From a bacterium (lineage in GTDB: Bacteria > UBP6 > UBA1177 > JAKLFG01): 43,943 nucleotides of DNA. The stretch's first letter is position 1; each line of letters opens with the position of its first letter. The position numbers were made by a program, and so were the translations under genes. Positions 9,134 to 17,483 of the stretch are shown piece by piece. The stretch spans positions 1 through 43,943 of the forward strand of contig JAKQHE010000215.1 in NCBI GenBank assembly GCA_029573155.1, in the 5' to 3' direction. Under the pieces are notes generated by a model. The model ran no database searches. It saw only the letters and a program-made list of their open reading frames with translations, and was not told where the DNA came from.

Positions 9134-9897
9134 GGCCGCCCCCCGTAGACGGCAAGCGCATCGGCGCCGGGAGCAATGACATAGACCGTCCCGTCGCCCG
9201 CCACATGGATGTCTTTTTCCGGTTTATACAGATCGGATGTTGGCAGGGTCATCTTGCCAAGAACGACACCCTTCCCCGAAGTGATGAGGATATGGCGGCT
9301 GCCGTCCGCCAGTTCGATCTGGAAAAAGAGATCGCCGTTGTCGGCCGTGCCGACCAGCAGGAACGACATGAGCGAACGGGCGGTGAAAGCGAGCTCGAAG
9401 AACTCCTTCTCGCCGACGACCACGCGGGCCGTGCCATTCCCCATGAATTTCGTGTAGGGATAGACCGTCGTTTTTCCCGCCGCGATCTTCGTTTCCGGCC
9501 TCACCGTATCGCCGCTTCTCGCATACAGTCGTTCCTCCTTGCTGTTATGGAGGAAAAGCGTCCCCTTGCTCACGAACAGCGCATCGAATGTTGCGGAGGG
9601 GAGAGAAAGTTCCTTCTTCAGGATCTTTGTCCGGATATCCAGCGAAAGGACCCGCCGGTTCATATTGTCCAGAATGAAAAGCCCCGTCCCGTCGCCGGAG
9701 ATCGCGTTCGGCCCGAACGGTTTCTCCTCCGCTTTTCCCGGAATGAAGATGCCCACCTGACCGTTGTCGGTCCCGTACGGGATCTTTTTGATCACCTCCA
9801 GTTTCTTCTCCGGCACCGATCCGAACTCGATCGGCACCGGCCCCGCGCAAAGAAGCGAAGCGGCAAGAACGATCCACAGTGCTAAGAACTTCCTCAT
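9130..9897 (-). CDS. Secreted hypothetical protein (beta-rich, family not recognised)
   Basis: I re-called the start at ATG 9897 (MRKFLALWIVLAASLLCAG), with GAGGGAGGGA immediately upstream. The stop overlaps the next gene's start as ATGA (9130-9133), which indicates translational coupling. Confidence 0.6.
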   Translation of the reverse strand: MRKFLALWIVLAASLLCAGPVPIEFGSVPEKKLEVIKKIPYGTDNGQVGIFIPGKAEEKPFGPNAISGDGTGLFILDNMNRRVLSLDIRTKILKKELSLPSATFDALFVSKGTLFLHNSKEERLYARSGDTVRPETKIAAGKTTVYPYTKFMGNGTARVVVGEKEFFELAFTARSLMSFLLVGTADNGDLFFQIELADGSRHILITSGKGVVLGKMTLPTSDLYKPEKDIHVAGDGTVYVIAPGADALAVYGGRP

Positions 9898-9908
9898 ATC
9901 TCCCTCCC

Positions 9909-10403
9909 TCACACGAACCGGTGCATGATGTAGGCGTCCACGAGTCCGAGCCGTTTATGGTCGAACGCCTTGGGTATCGTACCGATGATGGTGAAGCCGC
10001 ACGAGGTCCACAGATGGACCGCCGGGGCGTTCGATGCGACGACGAGGTTGAACTGGAGCGCTTTGAAGCCGTGTTTCGGCGCCTCCTCGATGCTGTTGAG
10101 ACACAGCGCCCGGCCGATCCCCTTGCCCCGCGCCCATGAGGCAACCATGTAGCCGGCGTTGGCGACATGCGATCCGAGGCCGACCTGATTGGGGCGCAGG
10201 TAGTAGGTCCCGGCGATGCGGCCGTCAAGGATCGCGACGATCGATACGGTCGGTGTCTCTATCCAGTAGCGGTAGCCCTCTTCCTTCGTCGTGCCGGGCG
10301 CATGCGGATAACTCTCGCCGCTCTCGAACACCTCGTGCAGGATGGGCCACAACTCGTCGAAATCGGCCGGCACGGCCTGACGGAAGGTGAGCGGTGCGGT
10401 CAT
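9909..10403 (-). CDS. GNAT family N-acetyltransferase
   Basis: Only the last 164 codons of ORF 9909..11045 look real. They read MTAPLTFRQAVPADFDELWP...GYMVASWARGKGIGRAL (the Q/RxxGxG/A acetyl-CoA motif) ...LQFNLVVASNAPAVHLWTSCGF. The upstream extension is Arg/Glu-rich nonsense. Confidence 0.8.
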   Translation of the reverse strand: MTAPLTFRQAVPADFDELWPILHEVFESGESYPHAPGTTKEEGYRYWIETPTVSIVAILDGRIAGTYYLRPNQVGLGSHVANAGYMVASWARGKGIGRALCLNSIEEAPKHGFKALQFNLVVASNAPAVHLWTSCGFTIIGTIPKAFDHKRLGLVDAYIMHRFV

Positions 10404-10619
10404 GGTTCTCTCGCATGCGGATCTCCCCCACTCTACCAACTCTCTCAAGAAAAACAACGGCCGTGGTAGTAAAAAATTTTTACGAGCTCCGATGCTCCGT
10501 AAAGGAACTTTCCGAGCGCCGTCTTGTTTTTCGCTAGTTATTTCAATGAATTGGTAGAGGCACGCCTCTTGCTTATATGCGCGCCCTTTTGTTAAGGAAG
10601 AGAGAGGTCCCGGTACGCG

Positions 10620-11825
10620 ATGGCGAAACGGCCGATAAAGGTGGCGCTCTTCAGCGAGGTGCTCAAGGAGCATCTCGACGGCGTGACCAACACACTCTAT
10701 CACATCATCGACCGTATCCCGAAGGACCGGTTCGAGTATCTGTTCATCACGAGTTACCCGCCGAGCGAAACGGTGAACCTCCCCTTCCCGGTCATCACCG
10801 TACCGAAGATAGCGTTCCCGACCAATCCCGACTATCCCATCTCGCTCCCCTTCTTCAACGGGAAACTGCGGGCGGCGCTCGACGAGTTCGCCCCCGACAT
10901 CATTCACCTTACGACCCCCTTCACGCTCGGCAACTACGCGCTCTCGTACGGCGAGGAGCGCGGCGTTCCGATCCTTGCCACCTATCACACCCACTTCATC
11001 AGTTACATCGAATACTATTTCCGTTACGCCCCGATATTCTCGCACCTGCTCGATTTCTCGGGCCGCCGTTATATGCGCTGGTTCTACAACCGGTGCGACC
11101 TCACCTATGTGCCGACCGCAAGCATCATGGACGAACTGCTCGACTGCGGCATCGAGCGACGGCGCATGGTGGTGTGGAGCCGTGGTATAGACACCGAACT
11201 GTTCAACCCGACGCGGCGCGACGACGCCTTTATGGACGAACTGTGCGGCGCGGGGACCCAGCGGGTGCTCTTCGTGAGCCGGCTGGTGTGGGAAAAGGAG
11301 TTACGGACGCTCGCGGCGGTGTACGAACTGTTCCGCGAGACCCACCCGCGGACGGTCCGGTTCGTCGTCACCGGCGACGGGCCGCGCCGCAAGGAACTCG
11401 AACGGCTCATGCCCGATGCGGTCTTCACCGGCAAACTGGTCAAGAAGGACCTCGCCAAGGTCTATGCCTCGAGCGATGTCTTCCTTTTTCCATCCATCAC
11501 CGAGACCTTCGGTAATGTGGTGCTCGAGGCGATGGCCTCGGGCCTGCCCCCGGTCGTCGCGGCGCAGGGCGGCCCGAAAGGGATCGTGCGCGACGGCGAC
11601 ACCGGTCTGCACGCGCGGCCGAAGGACGCGGCCGATTTCCACCGCAAGATAGCGCTCCTCCTCGACGACCCCGCTCTGGCCAAGGAAACGGGACGGCGCG
11701 CCGCCGCCTACGCGCTCGCTCAGCAGTGGGACACGCTGTGCGAGGACATGTTCTCTTCCTACGAGCGGATATCCGAACGGTTCGCCCCTCTTTCACCGGA
11801 GAAGGCCCATGGTGTCGCTGTATAG
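10620..11825 (+). CDS. Glycosyltransferase family 4 (GT-B, group 1)
   Basis: 401 aa. It has a GT4 N-terminal sugar-transferase region and the C-terminal E-x7-E motif ETFGNVVLEAMASGLP. Confidence 0.85.
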   Translation: MAKRPIKVALFSEVLKEHLDGVTNTLYHIIDRIPKDRFEYLFITSYPPSETVNLPFPVITVPKIAFPTNPDYPISLPFFNGKLRAALDEFAPDIIHLTTPFTLGNYALSYGEERGVPILATYHTHFISYIEYYFRYAPIFSHLLDFSGRRYMRWFYNRCDLTYVPTASIMDELLDCGIERRRMVVWSRGIDTELFNPTRRDDAFMDELCGAGTQRVLFVSRLVWEKELRTLAAVYELFRETHPRTVRFVVTGDGPRRKELERLMPDAVFTGKLVKKDLAKVYASSDVFLFPSITETFGNVVLEAMASGLPPVVAAQGGPKGIVRDGDTGLHARPKDAADFHRKIALLLDDPALAKETGRRAAAYALAQQWDTLCEDMFSSYERISERFAPLSPEKAHGVAV

Positions 11826-12879
11826 ACCGGCGGTCAAGACCATACTTGCGCGGCTGTTCAAGATAGCGGCGCTCACCGCGGGGTTCTTCCTCGTCTGGTG
11901 GTTCGTGAGCGCCTCCGACATCGGTCGCATCACCGATCAGCTGGGGCATGTCGGCTACAGATTCATGTTGCTCCTGCTCGTGACCTTCTGCGCGCAACTG
12001 CTCATCACGCGGGCACTGCAACTCAGCTTCATCGACACCCCGCCTCTGTCGCTCCTGCGCCTTTTCTCGATACGGCTCATGGGCGAATCGCTCGCGCAGG
12101 TGAACCCCACCAGTTTCGTCGCGGGCGAGACGATGAAGGCGGTCATGCTCTCGCGGCGCGGCGTCCCGTACAACCGCAGCATCTCGGCGCTCACCATCGC
12201 GCGGCTCACGCTGTGGCTTTCGAGCATCACGCTGTTCGGGCTCGGCGCCCTGCTGTTCCTCGACCGGCTCGATTTCGCCGGCAACCGGGTGCTCATGACG
12301 CTCCTCGCGGGAGGCCTGCTCACCGGCGGGCTCTTCTTCGTCCGCCAGATATCGCGGTCGCTTCCCTTCTTCTCGCTGTTCGCGATGATCCTGCGCCGCC
12401 TGTTGCCATGGGTGCGCACCTTCATCATCGTCGAACGAAAACTGCACAAGGTGGACGGCGATCTCTCGTTCTTCTACCACTACCGCCGCCGCGAGTTCGC
12501 GCGGGCCTACGCCCTGTCGCTCCTCCACTGGCTCGGCGGCGCGACCGAGTTCTTCCTCATCCTGTGGTTCCTCGGCGTCGAGGTGAGTTTCTTCTCCTGC
12601 ATCGCGATGGAGGTCGGCGTCATGCTCTTCAAGGGGCTCGGCACCTTCGTCCCGGGCCAGATAGGCATCGAGGAGTACGCGAACCGGCTCATGCTCGATC
12701 TCGTCGGCGTGCCGGGCTCCGAACTCTGGGTCAGCGTCTCGATACTGCGCCGCACCCGCCAACTGTTCTGGATCGGCATGGGGACGCTCCTGTTCTCCGT
12801 CACCATGATGCGCCGCCGCCGGACCGCCCCGCTCCCCACCTCGGTCGAGACCTATGGAAATCCTGTGCATCACCCATAA
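11809..12879 (+). CDS. Polytopic membrane protein, flippase-like / lysyl-PG-synthase-TM-region (UPF0104) family
   Basis: 356 aa with about 8 hydrophobic segments. The N-terminus, ending in ...WWFVSASDIGRI, resembles the TIGR00374 type. The start overlaps the upstream GT4 by 17 nt, with GGAGAAGG upstream. Confidence 0.7.
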   Translation: MVSLYRPAVKTILARLFKIAALTAGFFLVWWFVSASDIGRITDQLGHVGYRFMLLLLVTFCAQLLITRALQLSFIDTPPLSLLRLFSIRLMGESLAQVNPTSFVAGETMKAVMLSRRGVPYNRSISALTIARLTLWLSSITLFGLGALLFLDRLDFAGNRVLMTLLAGGLLTGGLFFVRQISRSLPFFSLFAMILRRLLPWVRTFIIVERKLHKVDGDLSFFYHYRRREFARAYALSLLHWLGGATEFFLILWFLGVEVSFFSCIAMEVGVMLFKGLGTFVPGQIGIEEYANRLMLDLVGVPGSELWVSVSILRRTRQLFWIGMGTLLFSVTMMRRRRTAPLPTSVETYGNPVHHP

Positions 12880-14017
12880 GTATCCCCCCTCGGTCGGGGG
12901 CATGCAGAAACAGAGTTTCGAACTCATCCGCGGCCTGTCTCGCCGCATGACGGTCCATACGCTCATCCACAGCGGCGACAGCGGGAAAGGTCTTTTTTTC
13001 CTGACGCTTAAGAAAAGGGTCCTGCAGATGCTCCGCGAACATCCGGGCATCTCGCTCATCCATCTCAATGACGGGCTCATGGCTTTCTTCGCCCTGCCGC
13101 TCCGGTCGGTGACCGATCTTCCCATCGTCGCGACGCTCCACGGGCTCGATGTGGTGATGCCGGCGGGCTGGTACCAGCGGCGGGTCCTGCCCCGTTTCGC
13201 CGCTTACGACGGCATCATCGCGGTGAGTTCCGCTACCGCGCAGGCCTGCCGCCAGCGCGGGTTCGACCACGCCAAGATAACGGTCGTTCCCAACGGCGTC
13301 GACACGGCGCTCGGTGACATACCGGCCGAACCGAACTACCGCGCCGTGATCGGGCGACGGCTCGGGCTCGACCTCTCGCATCGCAAACTCGTGCTCATGC
13401 TCGGCCGCCCGGTGCCGCGCAAGGGCTTCATCTGGTTCCTGCGCGAGGTCCTGCCGAAACTCGGGCCCGAGGTCGTGTGTCTCCACATCGGTCCCTCGGC
13501 GGCCGCGATGGGTCTCAAGAATTTCCTGCTCCGCCTGCTCCCCTTCAATTGGGGGCGGCAACTGGCGCTCATATTCGGGATGCCGACCGACGAACCGGCG
13601 CTCCGTCACGAACTCGCCCTGCCCGAACTCGCTGGCCGCGCCTTCCGGCTCGGCGGGCTCCCCTTCAAGGACCTCGTGCAAACGATCAAGTGCGGCGATC
13701 TCTATGTGATGCCCAATGTCCGGCTCGCGGGCGACATGGAGGGTTTCGGCCTCGCGGCACTCGAGGCGGCCATCTGCGGTCTGCCGGTCGTCGCCTCGGA
13801 GATCGACGGCATCGTGGACGCCGTGCAGGAGGGAAAGAACGGCTTCCTCCTGCCGCCCGAGGAGCCGGAACTCTGGGCCCACCGCATCACCGGACTGCTC
13901 GCCGACCCGGCGGGGCTCCGCGCGGCGGGAGAGGCGGCGCGAGAGTTCACGAAGGAACACTATTCGTGGGAACGGATGGTGGACGGTTACGAGGCGGTCT
14001 TCAAGCGGTTCGCCTGA
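12854..14017 (+). CDS. Glycosyltransferase family 4
   Basis: The N-terminus is MEILCITHKYPPSVGGMQKQ, and the E-x7-E motif is EGFGLAALEAAICGLPVV. It overlaps the upstream gene by 26 nt. Confidence 0.85.
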   Translation: MEILCITHKYPPSVGGMQKQSFELIRGLSRRMTVHTLIHSGDSGKGLFFLTLKKRVLQMLREHPGISLIHLNDGLMAFFALPLRSVTDLPIVATLHGLDVVMPAGWYQRRVLPRFAAYDGIIAVSSATAQACRQRGFDHAKITVVPNGVDTALGDIPAEPNYRAVIGRRLGLDLSHRKLVLMLGRPVPRKGFIWFLREVLPKLGPEVVCLHIGPSAAAMGLKNFLLRLLPFNWGRQLALIFGMPTDEPALRHELALPELAGRAFRLGGLPFKDLVQTIKCGDLYVMPNVRLAGDMEGFGLAALEAAICGLPVVASEIDGIVDAVQEGKNGFLLPPEEPELWAHRITGLLADPAGLRAAGEAAREFTKEHYSWERMVDGYEAVFKRFA

Positions 14018-14018
14018 C

Positions 14019-15155
14019 ATGCGGACGCTGTTCGATTGCGCGGTGGTCGGCGGCGGTCCCGCCGGAGCGGCCGCGGCCCTGACACTCGCCCGGCGCGGGC
14101 GACGCGTCATCCTATTAGAAAAGGAACCGTTGCCCCGTTCCAAACCGTGCGGTGGCGGCATGCCTCCTTCGGTGCTCTCGCTCCTCGCTCTCCCTTCCAT
14201 CGACGGCATCGTCGACCGGGTCCACCGGCTCACCTTCCTCTATGACGGCGGTTCTCCCGTTTCACATGAACTTGCCGAGCCGCTCCTTATGGTGGACCGT
14301 GCCCGTTTCGACCATTTTCTTGTGAGAACGGCCGGCGCGGCCGGCGCCGAGGTCCGCGACCGGACCGCCGTGCGTTCCTTCGGCGCCACTGGCGACCACT
14401 GGGAGATCGGCACGAGCGCCGGCACCTTTGCGGCGCGGAAGATCATCCTCACCGACGGCGGACAGGGAAGATGCGCCGCACTCGCCGGGTTCCCGCCAAA
14501 CAGAAGGACCGAAGGGCTCGCGCTCGCCTGCGAACTGCCGGCCGACCGGCGGCGCGACGAACTGACGGTCGATCTCGGGCTCCTACCGTGCGGGTATCTA
14601 TGGATCTTCCCGAAAGGCGACCGGATTTCGCTCGGTGTCGGCATCACCAAAAGAGGCGGCAACCACTTGCAACTGTTCGATAAAATGGCTGTCTTCGCCG
14701 GGCGACAGGGCCTGCCGTTCGATCGGTCGCTCTGTCGCGGACACCGTGTCGCGATATGGGACGGCGCCCGGCCGCTCACCCGTCTCGATTCGTTCCTGCT
14801 TGCCGGCGAGGCGGCGTTCCTCGCCGACCCGCTGAGCGCCGAGGGGATACGCCCCGCGGTGAAAAGCGGCATCGCGGCGGGCGAGGCGGTGGACGCGTCG
14901 CTCGGCGGCGACGCGACCGCCTTTTCACGCTACGAGGAACGGATGCGGCGCGAGTTGGGGCGCGAATTCGCCATCGCCGCGCGGATCGCGAAGTTCTTCT
15001 TCCTGTTCCCCTCCCTGTCGTACCGCGCCGCCTTCTTTCACCCGCGCACCACGGCGATCATGAACGAGGTGTTCCTCGGACGCGTCGCCTACTCGGACCT
15101 CGCCGGGAAGGTGCTTTCGACGCTCGCGCGGACGGTGAAGCGAAGGCCTCTCTAA
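14019..15155 (+). CDS. FAD-dependent geranylgeranyl reductase family oxidoreductase
   Basis: I re-called the start at ATG 14019, 1 nt after the upstream TGA. Family motifs are DCAVVGGGPAGAAAA (FAD fold), KPCGGG, GYLWIFPKG and LLAGEAAFLADPLSAEGI, which resemble TIGR02032-type GGRs. Confidence 0.8.
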   Translation: MRTLFDCAVVGGGPAGAAAALTLARRGRRVILLEKEPLPRSKPCGGGMPPSVLSLLALPSIDGIVDRVHRLTFLYDGGSPVSHELAEPLLMVDRARFDHFLVRTAGAAGAEVRDRTAVRSFGATGDHWEIGTSAGTFAARKIILTDGGQGRCAALAGFPPNRRTEGLALACELPADRRRDELTVDLGLLPCGYLWIFPKGDRISLGVGITKRGGNHLQLFDKMAVFAGRQGLPFDRSLCRGHRVAIWDGARPLTRLDSFLLAGEAAFLADPLSAEGIRPAVKSGIAAGEAVDASLGGDATAFSRYEERMRRELGREFAIAARIAKFFFLFPSLSYRAAFFHPRTTAIMNEVFLGRVAYSDLAGKVLSTLARTVKRRPL

Positions 15156-15191
15156 AAAGGAACCCCTCTCTCTTCTCTCTTCGTGTTTTCC

Positions 15192-15219
15192 TTGACACCG
15201 AACGGTGCAACGGTATATT
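15192..15219 (+). promoter_or_regulatory. Sigma70-like promoter TTGACA-16 nt-TATATT upstream of tdh-kbl
   Basis: A perfect -35 (TTGACA) lies at 15192-15197 and TATATT at 15214-15219, about 60 nt upstream of ATG 15279. Confidence 0.45.
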
Positions 15220-15278
15220 CGCACTGTTTTTAAAACGGTCGTTCGGCGATTATAAACCTGTTCTTCGTGGAGAGACCC

Positions 15279-16229
15279 ATGAAAAAGATCCTCATCATCG
15301 GTGCCGTCGGGCAGATCGGCTCCGAACTCACGCTCAGGATGCGCGAACTGTACGGCAACCAGAATGTCATCGCTTCCACCAGAAAGACCCCTCCCTCTGA
15401 CAAGATCAAGGAGAGCGGTCCGTTCGAATTCTTCGATGTCATGGACCGCAAGAAGCTCGAAGAAGTGGTCGACAAGTACAAGGTCGAATACATCGTCAAC
15501 ATGGCCGCCATCCTCTCCGCCGTCGGCGAGAAGGACCCGATGTTCGCGTGGGATGTGAACATGAACGGCCTCATCAATATCCTTGAAGTGGCCCGCGAGA
15601 AGAAGATAAAGCAGATACTCATGCCGAGCTCCATCGCCGTCTTCGGCCCCGGCACGCCCCGCGTCAACACCCCGCAGGACACCGTTCTCAAGCCGACCAC
15701 CATGTACGGCGTCACCAAGGTCGCCGGCGAACTGCTGTGTGACTACTATGTCCGCAAATACGGCATGGACATCCGCGGCCTCCGTTATCCGGGCATCATC
15801 AGCCACGAGACGCTGCCCGGCGGCGGCACCACCGACTACGCGGTCGCGATATACTACGAGGCGATCCAGCACGGCAAGTACACCTGCTTCGTCAAGGAGT
15901 CGACGAAACTCCCGATGATGTACATGCCCGACTGTCTCAAGGCGACCATCGACCTGTTCGAGGCCGATTTCAGCAAACTGAAACACCACTCCGACTTCAA
16001 TGTCGCCGGCATGTCCTTCACCGTCGGCGAGATGGCGACCGAAATCCGCAAGCATATACCTGATTTCAAGATAGACTACAAGCCCGACTTCCGTCAGGCG
16101 ATCGCCGATTCGTGGCCGGAGTCGATCGACGACACCGCGGCGCGCGAAGAATGGGGCTGGAAGCCGGCCTACACGCTCGCCTCGATGACGGTCGACATGC
16201 TGACCGAACTCAAGAAGAAACTTAAATAA
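15279..16229 (+). CDS. tdh: L-threonine 3-dehydrogenase, NAD-dependent epimerase/SDR type
   Basis: The sequence is collinear with the eukaryote/bacterial SDR-type TDH, including GAVGQIGSEL, MYGVTKVAGELL, LRYPGIISHETLPGGGTTDYAV, LPMMYMPDCLKAT and RQAIADSWPESIDD. It sits directly upstream of kbl. I chose ATG 15279, with GGAGAG upstream. Confidence 0.9.
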   Translation: MKKILIIGAVGQIGSELTLRMRELYGNQNVIASTRKTPPSDKIKESGPFEFFDVMDRKKLEEVVDKYKVEYIVNMAAILSAVGEKDPMFAWDVNMNGLINILEVAREKKIKQILMPSSIAVFGPGTPRVNTPQDTVLKPTTMYGVTKVAGELLCDYYVRKYGMDIRGLRYPGIISHETLPGGGTTDYAVAIYYEAIQHGKYTCFVKESTKLPMMYMPDCLKATIDLFEADFSKLKHHSDFNVAGMSFTVGEMATEIRKHIPDFKIDYKPDFRQAIADSWPESIDDTAAREEWGWKPAYTLASMTVDMLTELKKKLK

Positions 16230-16241
16230 AAGGAGCGAACC

Positions 16242-17465
16242 ATGTCACTGACGAAACTGAATAAGGCGCTCACCGCCCATGTGAACGGCCTCAAGGAAAA
16301 AGGCACCGCGAAAGGCGCCGAAATGGTCATCACGAAGGTCCTTCCGCCGAAAGGCGCGAACGGTCCCCGCTATATCGTCGAAGGCTACAAACAGGAATTC
16401 ATCAAGATGAACTCCAACTCCTACCTCGGCCTGTCGATGCACCCGGCGGTCATCCATGCCGAAGAGGAAGGGACCAAGATCTACGGCGTCGGCCCCGGCG
16501 CGGTCCGCTTCATTTCCGGTACGCATAAGCCGCACATCGAACTCGAGAACCGGCTCGCGAAGTTCCACGGCAAAGAGTCGGGCATGATATTCTCAAGCGC
16601 GTATGTCACCTCGCTCGGTGTCATCACCCCTCTCGTGACCGAGACGACCGTTATCGTGTCGGACGAACTGAACCATAACTGCATCATCAACGCGATGAAA
16701 CTGGCCCGACCCGCCGCAAAGATGATATACAAGCACAACGACATGGCCGATCTCGAGGCGAAGATGAACGAGGCGGTCGGCAAAGGGACCCGCTGCGTGG
16801 TCGTTACCGACGGCGTCTTCTCGATGCGCGGCGATTACTGCCCCTTCGACCAGTTCGTCAAGATCTGCGAGAAGTATAACGACAAGTTCGAGGACGGTGT
16901 CACCACCGTCGCCGACGATTCGCACGGTGTGGGCGCGTACGGCGCGACCGGGCGCGGCACCGAAGAGGTCACCGGCACAAAGGTCGACATTATCATCGGC
17001 ACGCTCGGCAAAGCGTTCGGCGTCAACGGCGGATATGTGGTCGCAAGCAAGGCGGTCACCGATTTCCTGCGCCAGACCGCTCCGATGTACATCTACTCCA
17101 ACCCGATAACGCTCGGCGAGACGGTCGCGGTCCTCAAGGTCCTCGATATCCTCGAGAGCGAAGAGGGCAAGAAGCGTATCAAGCATCTCGCCGAGATGAC
17201 GGCCCGTTTCGAGAAAGGCCTCGTGGACAACGGCTACGAGACCATCCCCGGCCCGCATCCGGTCACCCCGCTCATGGTGCGCGACACCCAGAAGACGGCC
17301 GACATCGTGAAGTGGCTCACTGACCACGGTGTGCTCGCCACCGGCCTCAACTATCCCGTCGTTCCGAAGGGTTCGGAGGAGATCCGCTTCCAGATCAACG
17401 CCGACCATACCCCGGCCGATGTCGATTATGTCATCGATGTGCTGAAGAAATACAAGAACCGTTGA
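16242..17465 (+). CDS. kbl: Glycine C-acetyltransferase (2-amino-3-ketobutyrate CoA ligase), PLP-dependent
   Basis: 407 aa of the alpha-oxoamine synthase family. Motifs include NSNSYLGL, DDSHGVGAYGATGRG and the TLGKAFG PLP lysine. It is paired with tdh. Confidence 0.9.
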   Translation: MSLTKLNKALTAHVNGLKEKGTAKGAEMVITKVLPPKGANGPRYIVEGYKQEFIKMNSNSYLGLSMHPAVIHAEEEGTKIYGVGPGAVRFISGTHKPHIELENRLAKFHGKESGMIFSSAYVTSLGVITPLVTETTVIVSDELNHNCIINAMKLARPAAKMIYKHNDMADLEAKMNEAVGKGTRCVVVTDGVFSMRGDYCPFDQFVKICEKYNDKFEDGVTTVADDSHGVGAYGATGRGTEEVTGTKVDIIIGTLGKAFGVNGGYVVASKAVTDFLRQTAPMYIYSNPITLGETVAVLKVLDILESEEGKKRIKHLAEMTARFEKGLVDNGYETIPGPHPVTPLMVRDTQKTADIVKWLTDHGVLATGLNYPVVPKGSEEIRFQINADHTPADVDYVIDVLKKYKNR

Positions 17466-17483
17466 TACCGTTCCCGGTAGCCC

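Noticed and set aside
10431-10559. 9-bp inverted repeat CTCTACCAA / TTGGTAGAG flanking ~110 bp of the GNAT-GT4 divergent intergenic region, and the A6T5 near-palindrome GTAAAAAATTTTTAC at 10469-10483
   Set aside because: A single 9-bp inverted match within ~200 bp is not far from chance expectation, and no structured RNA or element boundaries are evident. The A/T tract may just be promoter-region bending. I recorded both but do not claim them as features.
10577-11515. 312-aa plus-strand ORF in an alternate frame of the first GT4 gene
   Set aside because: Its translation is Arg/Pro/His-rich. The GT4 frame carries the E-x7-E motif and a sensible start.
11497-13125. 542-aa minus-strand ORF antisense to the flippase-like and GT4 genes
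   Set aside because: Its translation is Arg/Glu/Pro/Ala-rich low complexity with no recognisable motif and no SD. The plus-strand genes it overlaps have clear family motifs. This is a typical high-GC shadow ORF.
14925-16055. 376-aa minus-strand ORF antisense to tdh
   Set aside because: tdh on the plus strand is collinear with known SDR-type threonine dehydrogenases. The antisense product is Asp/Gly/Val/Arg-rich with no motifs.
16593-17408. 271-aa minus-strand ORF antisense to kbl
   Set aside because: kbl is unambiguous (PLP lysine motif, full length). This is a shadow ORF.
17466-17483. Small inverted repeat TACCG-TTCC-CGGTA between convergent kbl and the lipoprotein gene as a bidirectional terminator
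   Set aside because: It has only a 5-bp stem and no U-tracts, so it is too weak to call.
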